Assembly (NCBI GenBank): GCA_030054135.1
Contig: JASGCN010000002.1
Span: 21,484 to 85,483, forward strand
Length of the DNA: 64,000 bases
Direction of reading: 5' to 3'
From: Alphaproteobacteria bacterium
GTDB lineage: Bacteria; Patescibacteriota; Minisyncoccia; Phycocordibacterales; JABAAK01
Under the pieces are notes generated by a model, which saw only the letters and a list, made by a program, of their open reading frames with translations, was not told the DNA's origin and searched no databases. Of this stretch, positions 51,416-60,803 are shown piece by piece; within the stretch, counting starts at the first letter, position 1, and each line of letters opens with the position of its first letter. Made by a program: the position numbers and the translations under genes.

Positions 51416-52051
51416 TTATAAAGTAGTATAAGGGTACTTATGTGTTTGTTCAAGTAACATGCGAATGTGTTTGCGTGCTCGAGTAAGTGTTGTGCCAACT
51501 GCACTTGTGCTTATTTCAAGGGTGTCAGATATATCTGTATAGTTTTTGTGTTCAAAGTAATATAAATATAGGACATCGGCATATAGTGGGTGCGTTTCAG
51601 ATACGAGTGACAATATAGAACTGATGGTAGTAGAGAGTTCTTGGTGTAATGCGTTCTGTGCAGTATCATCTTTTTCACTTAAAAAAGAAATAAGTTCATC
51701 ACTATTTTTCAGTGTGTACCCTTCTGGACGGACGCTTTTTTTTCTGTGGGCGCTAATACATTCATTTCGTGCAATACGAAATAACCACGCAGAAAAAGAA
51801 AGAGAGGTGTCAAAGCTTTCTAAATATTTGTACGCTTTTATAAAAATATCTTGCACAATGTTTTCAAGCTCTGCGTTGCTTACTGATGTGCGATAGCGTA
51901 CCATGTGAGCAATGTGTGTGTGGTATCGTTCGTAGATGTGTAAAAATGCATCTGGAAATGCAAGAGTGTCTGTAACAAGTTCAATATCTGTTTTTTCTTC
52001 TTTGCTTTTGTGTTCTGGTGTGTGTTGAGGGGACTGCTTTTTTTTATTCAT
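51416..52051 (-). CDS. ECF-type sigma-70 family RNA polymerase sigma factor
   Basis: Region 2 (IFIKAYKYLESFD...SAWLFRIARN) and region 4 HTH (NYTDISDTLEISTSAVGTTLTRARKHI); start trimmed to MNKKKQ because upstream ORF codons are the tRNA-Ile gene. Confidence 0.75.
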   Translation of the reverse strand: MNKKKQSPQHTPEHKSKEEKTDIELVTDTLAFPDAFLHIYERYHTHIAHMVRYRTSVSNAELENIVQDIFIKAYKYLESFDTSLSFSAWLFRIARNECISAHRKKSVRPEGYTLKNSDELISFLSEKDDTAQNALHQELSTTISSILSLVSETHPLYADVLYLYYFEHKNYTDISDTLEISTSAVGTTLTRARKHIRMLLEQTHKYPYTTL

Positions 52052-52053
52052 AT

Positions 52054-52131
52054 CTGGTGCGAATGGGAGGACTCGAACCTCCGACCTCTCCATTATCAGT
52101 GGAGTGCTCTAACCACCTGAGCTACATTCGC
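52054..52131 (-). tRNA. tRNA-Ile (anticodon GAU), CCA encoded
   Basis: RC reads TGCGAATGTAGCTCAGGTGGTTAGAGCAC TCCAC-TGATAAT-GGAGA GGTCGGAGGTTCGAGTCCTCCCATTCGCACCA. Confidence 0.8.
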
Positions 52132-52139
52132 ATTATTAT

Positions 52140-52400
52140 CTATCTGATCAATTTGTTTTTTTACGCGGTACTAGTAATTGAATTCTATACCACAACCACA
52201 ACGGTGGTTAGAGCACTTGTGCTCTCTGTATTTCAGTTCGGGATACCCTCACAACGACCTGAGCTACATTCGCATTTTCAATTTGTTTTTTTACGCGGTA
52301 CTAGTAATTGAATTCTATACCACAACCACAACGGTGGTTAGAGCACTTGTGCTCTCTGTATTTCAGTTCGGGATACCCTCACAACGACCTGAGCCACATC
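52140..52400. repeat. Tandem direct repeat, 2 x ~130 bp, each unit containing tRNA-Ile-derived fragments (GGTGGTTAGAGCAC + inverted GTGCTCT forming a 16-bp palindrome, and ACCTGAGCTACATTCGCA = tRNA 5' end)
   Basis: Unit 52149-52278 repeats at 52279-~52400 (second copy diverges at its end). Confidence 0.75.
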
Positions 52401-52546
52401 ATTGCTATTATTCAAGTATACTAACTTTTTCAAATAAAGTCATTAAAATAATTAAACGCTATACACAGTACCCCCTATTCATCATTCATGTGTATATCTC
52501 AATAGCACTCACAATTCATAAGGCATAGTAGCACTATATACACACT

Positions 52547-54856
52547 ATGCATTTTCCTTCTACAAACATAAAAGGGTTTACTTTTATAGAAGTGCTCATC
52601 GCCATAAGTATTGTTGGCGCGTTAAGTGGCGCAGTCATTTCAGGGCTACAAGTATCTCAAGACAAAGCAGAAGAGAAAAAAAGCAAAGTAGAGCTTTCAC
52701 AAATTATTGCTTCAGCTGAAAATTACTATACCACCTATAGTACCTACACTGGTTTATGTAGCGCAGGCACACTCACAGAAAAATTAAACACAGATATACT
52801 CACACAAGGATATGTATGTTCTGTTTCAAATAATGGGGAAACATTACGGGTGCACACTGTTGCGACACACAATTCAAATATTGTCTGGTGTGCTGATACT
52901 ACAGGGGTGCTCACCAATAAAGATGCTGTTCCTACCACTGCTGGTTGTAACGACACTATTGCAAGTGCTACTCCTGCTATCAGTACAGCAACACATTCAG
53001 CAAATCTTTCTTCTCGTTCATTCATTCGAGGCATTGGTGATTATCTTACAAACTATCTTCCAGGTGGATCGTTTCAACCATCAACAATAGTATCATTAAA
53101 ACCAGTAGTGGCTCTTGTTGAAGACACTGGAGAATCATCAACTGATGGCATTACAAACAATAGCACAGTACAAGTGAGAAATCAAAATCCTGCGTACACA
53201 CTATCGTGGGGAACAGGCAGCACAACTATTTTCCCAACTACATGGGCACCTACCATACCTTCCATCACAACAGATGGAACCCACACAGTGTATGCTCGCT
53301 ACACAAACACAGAAGGAGCAGAATACATTAGCAACCCACTCACATTCATAGTAGACACCACAAGCCCCACGCTTGTTGCTGCCAATCCACTCCAGTATAT
53401 TCAATCTTCAAGTGGAAATGTATCTAGTGTTTCTACTACCTACACACAAGCGGGTACTCCAGAAACTCTTTCTGTGGTGAACACAACACCATTATTTACT
53501 CGCATTGCACACACAATTAAAAGTGCAGTAAGTGATGAAGTTTTTGCGTCTTCACACACACAACTTCCAACTGTATCATTTCCATCAACATCTATTCCAG
53601 TAGCAAAAGCCACCATTACTGCAACAGGAAATGTATCTATTGCTGTTGAAAATGGAGGATCTCAATTTAACGGAACAGTTTCTCTTGTGGGGTTGTGTAC
53701 ACCAGAAAATACATTAGGTACAATCACTAAAAACGCAAGTGGAGCAATCACTTCAATAACATTCCCCAACACCGTTACTTGTGCAGCCACTCCAACAGTT
53801 GTATTTAGCCCCTCAATAGTTGCGTCAAGCAATGCATGCCCCATTACTGATATAGCAGGCAACTGTGCAGTGTATGGAAAAATGGTAAACAATACATTTA
53901 CTCAAACTTCCGCAGCCCCAATCGTTAAACTCAATGCAGTGGATAAAACAGGATGGGTTGATGTTGACGAAGATGGATTAATAGAAGTTGCAAATGCAAA
54001 CGAATTCATCAATATGAAGTTTGCACCAGCAGGAGATAAAAAATATACATCAGCAAACAGCTTTTCTTCTCTTGGGTGTCCATCTGCAATTGGGTTAGTC
54101 GGAGGTCTATCTAGTGGTAAGTGGCACTTTGTGTATGTAACTGATTCAACTAAAAACTTGTACTTCACTAATTTCACCGAACTGCGTGATGCAGGAGTTT
54201 CAGAATCAGAATTAACTAACATACAAAATAAAAATGGGTGGGTCTCTACTTATGCATGTGTAGGGTATGAACAAACAGCAAACACTATTGATGTATCTGC
54301 CACACCTTCATCAGATTTTTATACAGGTACCCAAGAATTGGATTATAATGGAAATAATAATCTAATTTTGGCAAATAGCGTTGACCCATTAGAAAATTCC
54401 TTTATTGAAAAAAAAGATATTCTTATCAGAGCTTATCAGTATAATTTTGATGGTACGGGGTGGAGTGGCGATTGGGGTAACCCTACAGCTAATGAACTTA
54501 TTAATAGCAACGCTATTATTATATACAATAGTGCAGGTACAATTATACCGCTATATTCTTTTATAAAAGAACGGAGAACTGGTAGAACTGGATCTTATGA
54601 TTATTATTTTCCCGCAGCTGATGTTTTTAATTCGCTAAATACTAGTTTGGCAAGTTCAATGTATAGAATTCAAAGTACAGGAGGGTATGTATTTTCAAGA
54701 TGTGTATATGATGGTACTCCTGCTAACAATGGAATACGAAGTAGATATTCACGGTATTCTGTTTCCAATGGTGTGTGGACGTTACCAAATGTATTTATTT
54801 ATATACTTGAAGAAAGAGACACACGGTGCACGGTGTGGCGGGGGCCGGGGTTTTAA
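52547..54856 (+). CDS. Giant type IV pilin-like protein (769 aa): class III signal peptide / N-methylation motif then Thr/Ser-rich extracellular domain
   Basis: N-term ...NIKGFTFIEVLIAISIVGALSGAV = prepilin cleavage/G-F-T-x-I-E motif plus hydrophobic helix; leaderless-type start (TATATA 6 nt upstream). Confidence 0.65.
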   Translation: MHFPSTNIKGFTFIEVLIAISIVGALSGAVISGLQVSQDKAEEKKSKVELSQIIASAENYYTTYSTYTGLCSAGTLTEKLNTDILTQGYVCSVSNNGETLRVHTVATHNSNIVWCADTTGVLTNKDAVPTTAGCNDTIASATPAISTATHSANLSSRSFIRGIGDYLTNYLPGGSFQPSTIVSLKPVVALVEDTGESSTDGITNNSTVQVRNQNPAYTLSWGTGSTTIFPTTWAPTIPSITTDGTHTVYARYTNTEGAEYISNPLTFIVDTTSPTLVAANPLQYIQSSSGNVSSVSTTYTQAGTPETLSVVNTTPLFTRIAHTIKSAVSDEVFASSHTQLPTVSFPSTSIPVAKATITATGNVSIAVENGGSQFNGTVSLVGLCTPENTLGTITKNASGAITSITFPNTVTCAATPTVVFSPSIVASSNACPITDIAGNCAVYGKMVNNTFTQTSAAPIVKLNAVDKTGWVDVDEDGLIEVANANEFINMKFAPAGDKKYTSANSFSSLGCPSAIGLVGGLSSGKWHFVYVTDSTKNLYFTNFTELRDAGVSESELTNIQNKNGWVSTYACVGYEQTANTIDVSATPSSDFYTGTQELDYNGNNNLILANSVDPLENSFIEKKDILIRAYQYNFDGTGWSGDWGNPTANELINSNAIIIYNSAGTIIPLYSFIKERRTGRTGSYDYYFPAADVFNSLNTSLASSMYRIQSTGGYVFSRCVYDGTPANNGIRSRYSRYSVSNGVWTLPNVFIYILEERDTRCTVWRGPGF

Positions 54857-54896
54857 CTGAGCATATACAGGATTTGACATTTTAAATATTGTGTGG

Positions 54897-54999
54897 TTTA
54901 ATATAACTAGAGCTATACAAAAGAAATAAAAAAATAAAAAGGCAATAATGCCTTTTTATTGATTTTTTATTTGGCCACCAAGGGCTGTATAGCGTTGAT
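54897..54999 (+). repeat. Conserved leader element copy 3 (TTAATATAACTAGAGCTATACA promoter-like box, AAAAAGGCAATAATGCCTTTTT hairpin, GGCCACCAAGGGCT box)
   Basis: Shared boxes with copies at 41064 and 41860. Confidence 0.5.
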
Positions 55000-55629
55000 A
55001 TGAAATTTCTTAGTGTATTATTTATTTTATTTTTAAGCCCAACATGGGCTAATAATTTTTCAGTATCCTTGAAAGAGGATATCTCAGATGCAACCCGGGT
55101 GCCCGGTTTGCAAAAGATAACATTTACAAATGGCATGGTTGCACCATGCCATATAAATGGGTTTGCGCGGTGTTACCCAGCGATTTCGCTGAGTGACAAT
55201 GTGTTAATCGAAAAATTTAGAAAATATGGCACAGGCTCCACCAACGCCGCTGAGTATTACTCAGCCTTGATTGGGGGAACCCCACTCAATGCAGCCGGCC
55301 TTGCTGGTTGCGTTGAGACAAGGGGCGAGGTCTCGGCTTGGGACAACTCTCTCATTGAGACATTGTACAATTCAACCCGGTTAAAAATAACATGCCCTGT
55401 AGAGGCATCTGCGCCTCTACAAAAACCCAAAAAGAAAAAAAAATCTTTTTGGGTTCAAAACAGGGATTGGCTAGTGCCGGTAGCGGCACTCTCCATCGGG
55501 TTAGGAGTTGGGCTCACCGCTAAGGTGAGTTCAACCGAAATTTCGCTTGAGGTCCAGGATGGACCTGAAGCGATTAAAGTCAGCGCAGGGAGCGCTGATC
55601 TTACAATTGACTATTCGGTAGATTTTTAA
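55000..55629 (+). CDS. Hypothetical secreted protein (209 aa) with signal peptide
   Basis: ORF track; N-term MKFLSVLFILFLSPTWA. Confidence 0.5.
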   Translation: MKFLSVLFILFLSPTWANNFSVSLKEDISDATRVPGLQKITFTNGMVAPCHINGFARCYPAISLSDNVLIEKFRKYGTGSTNAAEYYSALIGGTPLNAAGLAGCVETRGEVSAWDNSLIETLYNSTRLKITCPVEASAPLQKPKKKKKSFWVQNRDWLVPVAALSIGLGVGLTAKVSSTEISLEVQDGPEAIKVSAGSADLTIDYSVDF

Positions 55630-55647
55630 ATCTACCAAATAATACAA

Positions 55648-55682
55648 CGACTAGAGACATGAAGTCTCTGGTCGTTTTTTTT
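55648..55682 (+). terminator. Rho-independent terminator (CGACTAGAGAC-ATGAA-GTCTCTGGTCG + T8)
   Basis: Hairpin plus T run. Confidence 0.6.
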
Positions 55683-55688
55683 GTGCGT

Positions 55689-55788
55689 TTGACAAAATGC
55701 ACAAGAATTAGTATTATCAAATATCTACCAAGGGCTACCCTCCTGCCCTTGGTAGAGGCCAAGAATTAATAGTTCTTGGCCTTTTTTT
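55689..55788 (+). ncRNA. Candidate small RNA: TTGACA-type promoter, then 11-bp-stem hairpin with loop UACCCUCCU, then terminator hairpin AGGCCAAGAA-TTAATA-GTTCTTGGCC + T7
   Basis: Promoter-hairpin-terminator unit with no ORF; hairpin CTACCAAGGGC/GCCCTTGGTAG perfect. Confidence 0.3.
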
Positions 55789-55838
55789 GTGTCATATTCA
55801 ACTTGACACACATAAGTTGAATGGATATATTAGATTTA

Positions 55839-55870
55839 GAAATATCAATGGAGCGCTCCATTGATATTTC
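55839..55870. promoter_or_regulatory. Perfect 32-bp palindrome GAAATATCAATGGAGC|GCTCCATTGATATTTC followed by C8 tract
   Basis: Read directly; 16-bp arms with no mismatch. Confidence 0.5.
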
Positions 55871-55942
55871 CCCCCCCGACCGTTTAAATCTATATATACA
55901 GAAAAAGTACAAAAAAAAATGTGATCGGGGACTAAATTTATT

Positions 55943-55986
55943 GATCCTCAATTCGAAAAGAATTGAGGATTTTTTATGTCCCATTT
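55943..55986 (+). terminator. Rho-independent terminator-like hairpin (GATCCTCAATTC-GAAAA-GAATTGAGGAT + T5)
   Basis: 11-12 bp stem plus T run, ~25 nt upstream of tgt. Confidence 0.5.
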
Positions 55987-56010
55987 TTAATATATGTGTT
56001 ATAACAGGAT

Positions 56011-57264
56011 ATGAAAAGCTCTATTCAGGGAAATGAAAATCCTTTTTTTACAATACATACAAGAAGTAATACATATCCGCTAATGAGGGCTGGGACAATA
56101 CACACTCCTCATGGTGCTATCAACACACCTGCATTTATTCCAGTAGGGACAAAAGGAACGGTCAAAGCTCTAACAGTAGATCAACTTATATCAATTTCTG
56201 CACAAGCTGTTCTTGCAAACACTTATCATTTGTATTTACAACCCGGAGAGAACATTGTCTGTAAACACGGAGGGGTTGGTAGTATGATGAAATGGGATGG
56301 GCCTACTATGACAGACTCTGGTGGGTTTCAAGTTTTCTCACTTGGGCAGGCAATGGGGCATGGAGTGAGTAAAATTGCAACCAATAAAGAAATAAGCGAA
56401 CACGAATCGCGTATGACAGATGAAGCAAGTGTGCATACTACTCGTAAAGCAAAAATTGACGATGATGGGGTAACGTTTCAATCTGTGATAGATGGATCAA
56501 CACATCGGTTTACACCAGAGAGTAGTATTCAAATACAACACGATATAGGTGCAGATATTATTGTTGCATTTGATGAATGTACTTCACCTCTTGCTCCAGA
56601 GAAATATCAAAAAGAAGCATTACACAGAACACACTCTTGGGCAGAGCGTTGTGTACATGAACACAAAAGATTGGGGCTATCTGCTGCCACTGATTGCAAA
56701 CAAGCATTATATGGAGTAGTACAGGGTGGTGTGTATCCACACTTACGAAAAGAGAGCGCCTTATTTTTGAGCAAACTTGATTTTGATGGTTTTGCAATTG
56801 GTGGCTCTTTCACAAAAGAAGACATGCACATAACTCTCACTGAAAGTGTAAAACATCTCCCAGAAAATAAACCAAGACATTTTTTGGGCATTGGTGGGGT
56901 TGAGGATTTTTTTATTGGTATTGAAAACGGAATGGATACATTTGATTGTGTTGCGGCAACTCGTGTTGCAAGAAATGGATCAATCTATACAAAAAATGGA
57001 AGCATAAACATAACAAATGCCACATACAGAGACGATGTATCTTTGATAGACACAGACCAAAATAATCCTAGCTCAATATATACAAAAAGCTATCTGCACC
57101 ATCTTTTTAAAGCAAAAGAGATATTGGGCTACACCATAGCCACAATGAACAATTTGTATTTTATTATTAATTTGGTTGCAGGTATACGCAACGCAATTAT
57201 ATCAAATACATATGATGAGTATAAAACATATATTCTATCTAATTGGGAACGAGATAGTAAGTAG
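56011..57264 (+). CDS. tgt: Queuine tRNA-ribosyltransferase (tRNA-guanine transglycosylase) homolog lacking the canonical CxCxxC...H zinc site
   Basis: PAFIPVGTKGTV, DSGGFQVFSL, DECT, FDCVAATRVARNG, YLHHLFKAKE conserved; Cys of zinc motif replaced. Confidence 0.85.
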   Translation: MKSSIQGNENPFFTIHTRSNTYPLMRAGTIHTPHGAINTPAFIPVGTKGTVKALTVDQLISISAQAVLANTYHLYLQPGENIVCKHGGVGSMMKWDGPTMTDSGGFQVFSLGQAMGHGVSKIATNKEISEHESRMTDEASVHTTRKAKIDDDGVTFQSVIDGSTHRFTPESSIQIQHDIGADIIVAFDECTSPLAPEKYQKEALHRTHSWAERCVHEHKRLGLSAATDCKQALYGVVQGGVYPHLRKESALFLSKLDFDGFAIGGSFTKEDMHITLTESVKHLPENKPRHFLGIGGVEDFFIGIENGMDTFDCVAATRVARNGSIYTKNGSINITNATYRDDVSLIDTDQNNPSSIYTKSYLHHLFKAKEILGYTIATMNNLYFIINLVAGIRNAIISNTYDEYKTYILSNWERDSK

Positions 57265-57278
57265 CGTATACTGATACT

Positions 57279-58808
57279 ATGCAAGAAAGTGGAAATGATG
57301 AACGATCAATGCGATTGCAAAAAATACAAGCACTGAAAGCTGAAGGAATTATTCCGTATGTTGGATTATTCAAAAAAACACACTATGCAGATGACATTGC
57401 GAGTATGGACAACTCACTTTTTAGAAGTGCAGAAGATGTACTTGCAAACCCAAAACAGCCGATACATTTTGCGGGACGCGTGATGACACTCCGCGACCAT
57501 GGGGGGATTATATTTATTGATGTACAAGATATGACAGGAAATGTACAAGTTGCTCTCACAGAGAATACTATTAAAGAAAAAGGAATGGCTTTTGTGCGGT
57601 CATATATTGATGTAGGAGATTTTATCGGTGTAACAGGAGAGCCGTTTCTCACAAAACAAAATAAACTAGCTCTTCACAGTACCACACCAACACTTCTTTC
57701 AAAAACTCTCCGCCCAATACCTAGTAAACATTTTGGGATTGAAGACACTGAGCTTACATATAGAAGAAGATATTTAGAAACGATTACAGACGAAAAAGCA
57801 AAAAAAAGGTTTGAAATTCGTTCGGCTTTTGTTCAGGGAATGCGTGAGTGGCTTTTGTCAAACAAGTTTACAGAAGTAACAACAAGAACACTTCAGCCAA
57901 TTGCCGGGGGAACAATGGCAGAAAAGTTTAGCACTCACCACAATGCGTTTAAGCACGATTTTTATTTGCGTATTTCAAATGAGCTTGATTTGAAACGAGC
58001 AGTGGTTGGCGGATTTGATCGTGTGTTTGAATTTGCGATTGATTTTCGTAACGAAGGAATAGACCCTTCACACCTGCAGGAGTTTCAAATGCTTGAATGG
58101 TATTGTGCGTATGATAACTATATATCTGGAATGCACATGACAGAACAATTGCTTCGTCACGCAATACAAAAATCTCTTGGAGGACTCACCGCAATTATGT
58201 ATGACAAAACAGGAGAAGCACACAATGTTGATTTTGCAAAAGAAATACCACGAACTACATTTAATGAGTTGCTCTTACAAGAGGGTATAAACATACACAG
58301 CACACTTGAGGAATTGCAAAAAAAAGCTCGTTTGATTGGTATAGAAGAATCACAAGTGAATACTCGCTCTCGTGCAAATTTACTTGATGATATCTATAAA
58401 AAAACAGCTCGTCCAAAAATAATTAAGCCTACTTTTGTTATTGATTACCCAGCAGATCTTTTGCCACTCGCTCGTAAAAAAGATGACGACAATTCGGTAG
58501 CAGAGTCGTATCAACTAGTAGTTGCTGGATGGGAAGTTGTGAAAGGATACTCTGAGCTTGTAGACCCACACGCACAATATCAAGCATTTCTTGATCAAGA
58601 AAAAGCAAAACAAAAAGGGGACTCAGAAGCAATGAGTTTTGATGATGATTATATTATCGCAATGGAATATGGAATGCCACCATTAAGTGGGTGCGGTATT
58701 GGCATTGAGAGAATGGTAGCTCTTCTTACAGGTCAGAGTAATGTTCGTGATGTTGTTTTATTTCCACTTCTTTTGCCAAAAGATGAGAGTGACTCCATCA
58801 TATATTAA
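57279..58808 (+). CDS. lysS: Lysine--tRNA ligase (class II)
   Basis: OB-fold N-domain GRVMTLRDHGGIIFIDVQD; motif 2 FRNEG; motif 3 GCGIGIERMVALLTG. Confidence 0.9.
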   Translation: MQESGNDERSMRLQKIQALKAEGIIPYVGLFKKTHYADDIASMDNSLFRSAEDVLANPKQPIHFAGRVMTLRDHGGIIFIDVQDMTGNVQVALTENTIKEKGMAFVRSYIDVGDFIGVTGEPFLTKQNKLALHSTTPTLLSKTLRPIPSKHFGIEDTELTYRRRYLETITDEKAKKRFEIRSAFVQGMREWLLSNKFTEVTTRTLQPIAGGTMAEKFSTHHNAFKHDFYLRISNELDLKRAVVGGFDRVFEFAIDFRNEGIDPSHLQEFQMLEWYCAYDNYISGMHMTEQLLRHAIQKSLGGLTAIMYDKTGEAHNVDFAKEIPRTTFNELLLQEGINIHSTLEELQKKARLIGIEESQVNTRSRANLLDDIYKKTARPKIIKPTFVIDYPADLLPLARKKDDDNSVAESYQLVVAGWEVVKGYSELVDPHAQYQAFLDQEKAKQKGDSEAMSFDDDYIIAMEYGMPPLSGCGIGIERMVALLTGQSNVRDVVLFPLLLPKDESDSIIY

Positions 58809-58932
58809 TGGTGCTTTGCATATACATTGACTTCGCTAAATTGAGAAAATACAAAAAAATTAAAGTGAAAGTGCATGCATATCTTCTCCTTTTTTATTTT
58901 TCAATATAAGTGAGTAGTGGTATAATGCTCGT

Positions 58933-59793
58933 ATGTCGGCAAAGTGGTTAATTTTATTATTTATATTGTGTTTTGTGGGGGTGGTGTATTATCAGCAAAG
59001 TATAAAAACAGTTAATAAAGAATCAGTGCAGAGTAGCTCCACAAAGCCATTAACAGAAATAACTTTCGGTAAGTACAATAAAGATTTCCCCACAACGACA
59101 TCAGTAGCATCAGTGTCTTCTACTGAAGAAACCTCAATGCCAACTCCATCTCAAAATACCTCAAACCCTGAAATTGAAAGTGTAAAAAAAACTCTTGAGA
59201 AATGGAGCACTAATCTTACAGGAAAACTTGCCAATGTATTTACAAGTGATATATCGGACGCACCTTCTTCAAAAGATGCTCAATCTTTTAAAGAGACATC
59301 TCAAAATTCAACAACTTCAAATGATCAAAAAATAAATACAATCCCACAAGTTCCTGAACCAGCCCCCGCTCCTACTCCTACCCCTGCACCATCTAATTCA
59401 CTTGGATCTGTTGTAAATACACAAGGGTGCAGAATATCAAGTGAACAAGAAATAGGTAATTTATTTGTGCAATGGAATTACACTATAGGGAAAAAAGATG
59501 TGTTTCGTGTGCTTGATTTGTATGCTTCTCGTTCAGTTATACTTCCTACACGATCGGTTGCTCCACTTGAAACTCTTGTAGAGAAAAAATCATATCTACA
59601 AGAATATATCAATACTTCTCCTGATGCAGATGTAGCAAAAAGTTTTGTATCTATTGGGTGCAATACCGCAGTGCATAGTGGTGTATTCACTCTTACTACT
59701 ACTCAAGGTACATCAAAAGTAAAATTTACTTTTGTATACCAGTGGAGTGGTACGCAATGGCTCATTACTTCTCAACAAACTTCTTTGATATAA
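58933..59793 (+). CDS. Hypothetical secreted protein with Ser/Thr/Pro-rich linker and C-terminal globular (possibly NTF2/SnoaL-like) domain
   Basis: ORF track; leaderless-type start (TGGTATAAT 6 nt upstream). Confidence 0.45.
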   Translation: MSAKWLILLFILCFVGVVYYQQSIKTVNKESVQSSSTKPLTEITFGKYNKDFPTTTSVASVSSTEETSMPTPSQNTSNPEIESVKKTLEKWSTNLTGKLANVFTSDISDAPSSKDAQSFKETSQNSTTSNDQKINTIPQVPEPAPAPTPTPAPSNSLGSVVNTQGCRISSEQEIGNLFVQWNYTIGKKDVFRVLDLYASRSVILPTRSVAPLETLVEKKSYLQEYINTSPDADVAKSFVSIGCNTAVHSGVFTLTTTQGTSKVKFTFVYQWSGTQWLITSQQTSLI

Positions 59794-59800
59794 TACAGAT

Positions 59801-60199
59801 ATGATACACACAGATAATTTTAAAGACGAAGCATTGAACAATACATATTTTCGTAAGGTACTTCACACAGGTAAAAAAAGTCAGATTACAGTTATGCATA
59901 TTGCTGAGAATGAAGATGTAGGAGCAGAAACGCATCCTTGTGTTGAGCAAATTTTAATGATTGTACAGGGGCGATGTGTGGCAATTCTTGATGGAAAAGA
60001 AATACAACTTGAAGAAGGATCGACTATTGTTGTGCCTCCAGGTGTACATCATAATTTTACTAACAATGGCACTATTCCTCTTAAAATATATACTTCATAC
60101 GCACCCCCTAATCATATTGATGGGCGCATACACAAAACAAAGAAAGATGCCGAATTAGACCTAGAAGACGAACATTTTCCAGATATATACACTTCCTAA
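59801..60199 (+). CDS. Cupin-domain protein
   Basis: HPCVEQILMIVQGRCV...GSTIVVPPGVHHNFTN cupin_2 motifs. Confidence 0.65.
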   Translation: MIHTDNFKDEALNNTYFRKVLHTGKKSQITVMHIAENEDVGAETHPCVEQILMIVQGRCVAILDGKEIQLEEGSTIVVPPGVHHNFTNNGTIPLKIYTSYAPPNHIDGRIHKTKKDAELDLEDEHFPDIYTS

Positions 60200-60229
60200 T
60201 ATATTAATTTTTATGTATACTAACACTAT

Positions 60230-60754
60230 ATGACATACACAAGAAATGAAATTATCGGTATAGTGGTTGGGGTTATATTTTTTTCATCTTTTTTGTTTGG
60301 TGGAATTTTTAATCAATTACCATTGTTATCTTTTGTAAAACATTTACACGCTGGCTATATTTCTAGTTTTAAAAATGCAACAAGAGAAACACCGGTATCA
60401 TTATACAACGGTGGAGTGATATATGTTGATGATGTTATTGGCGAAGGAAAAGAAGTGAAAGTTGGTGACGCTGCTCACATTCTTTACGAAGGGAAATATA
60501 TACATACTACAACTCACGAAGAAGTTGTATTTTTCAATTCAAAAGATCAAAAAGAGCCAGTTATCATACCAGTAGGGGATAAAAATATAATTCCAGGACT
60601 TTCTATTGCACTTATCGGCATGCGTGAAGGTGGAGTTCGTATTGTACAAATAGATCCTACATTTGCATATGGCTCTGAAGGAAACACAAGAATTAATATT
60701 CCAGGGAACACACCTCTTATATTTCAGATTTATTTATTAAAAATAAGTAAGTAG
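60230..60754 (+). CDS. Membrane-anchored FKBP-type peptidyl-prolyl cis-trans isomerase
   Basis: VKVGDAAHILYEGK...IIPGLSIALIGMREGGVRIVQIDPTFAYG FKBP signature. Confidence 0.75.
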   Translation: MTYTRNEIIGIVVGVIFFSSFLFGGIFNQLPLLSFVKHLHAGYISSFKNATRETPVSLYNGGVIYVDDVIGEGKEVKVGDAAHILYEGKYIHTTTHEEVVFFNSKDQKEPVIIPVGDKNIIPGLSIALIGMREGGVRIVQIDPTFAYGSEGNTRINIPGNTPLIFQIYLLKISK

Positions 60755-60803
60755 TTATTTTTTTATCTATTGCACTTGTGTGCATATATGTCATACTGTA
60801 TGC

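Noticed and set aside
52140-52400. Possible CRISPR array
   Set aside because: There are only two long (130-bp) direct repeats with no spacers, and the units are tRNA-derived. Not CRISPR. No cas genes are in the window.
52018-52528. ORFs 52018..52311 and 52178..52528
   Set aside because: Their codons are the tRNA-Ile gene and the 130-bp tandem repeat (hence the identical peptide segments). They are artefacts of the repeat.
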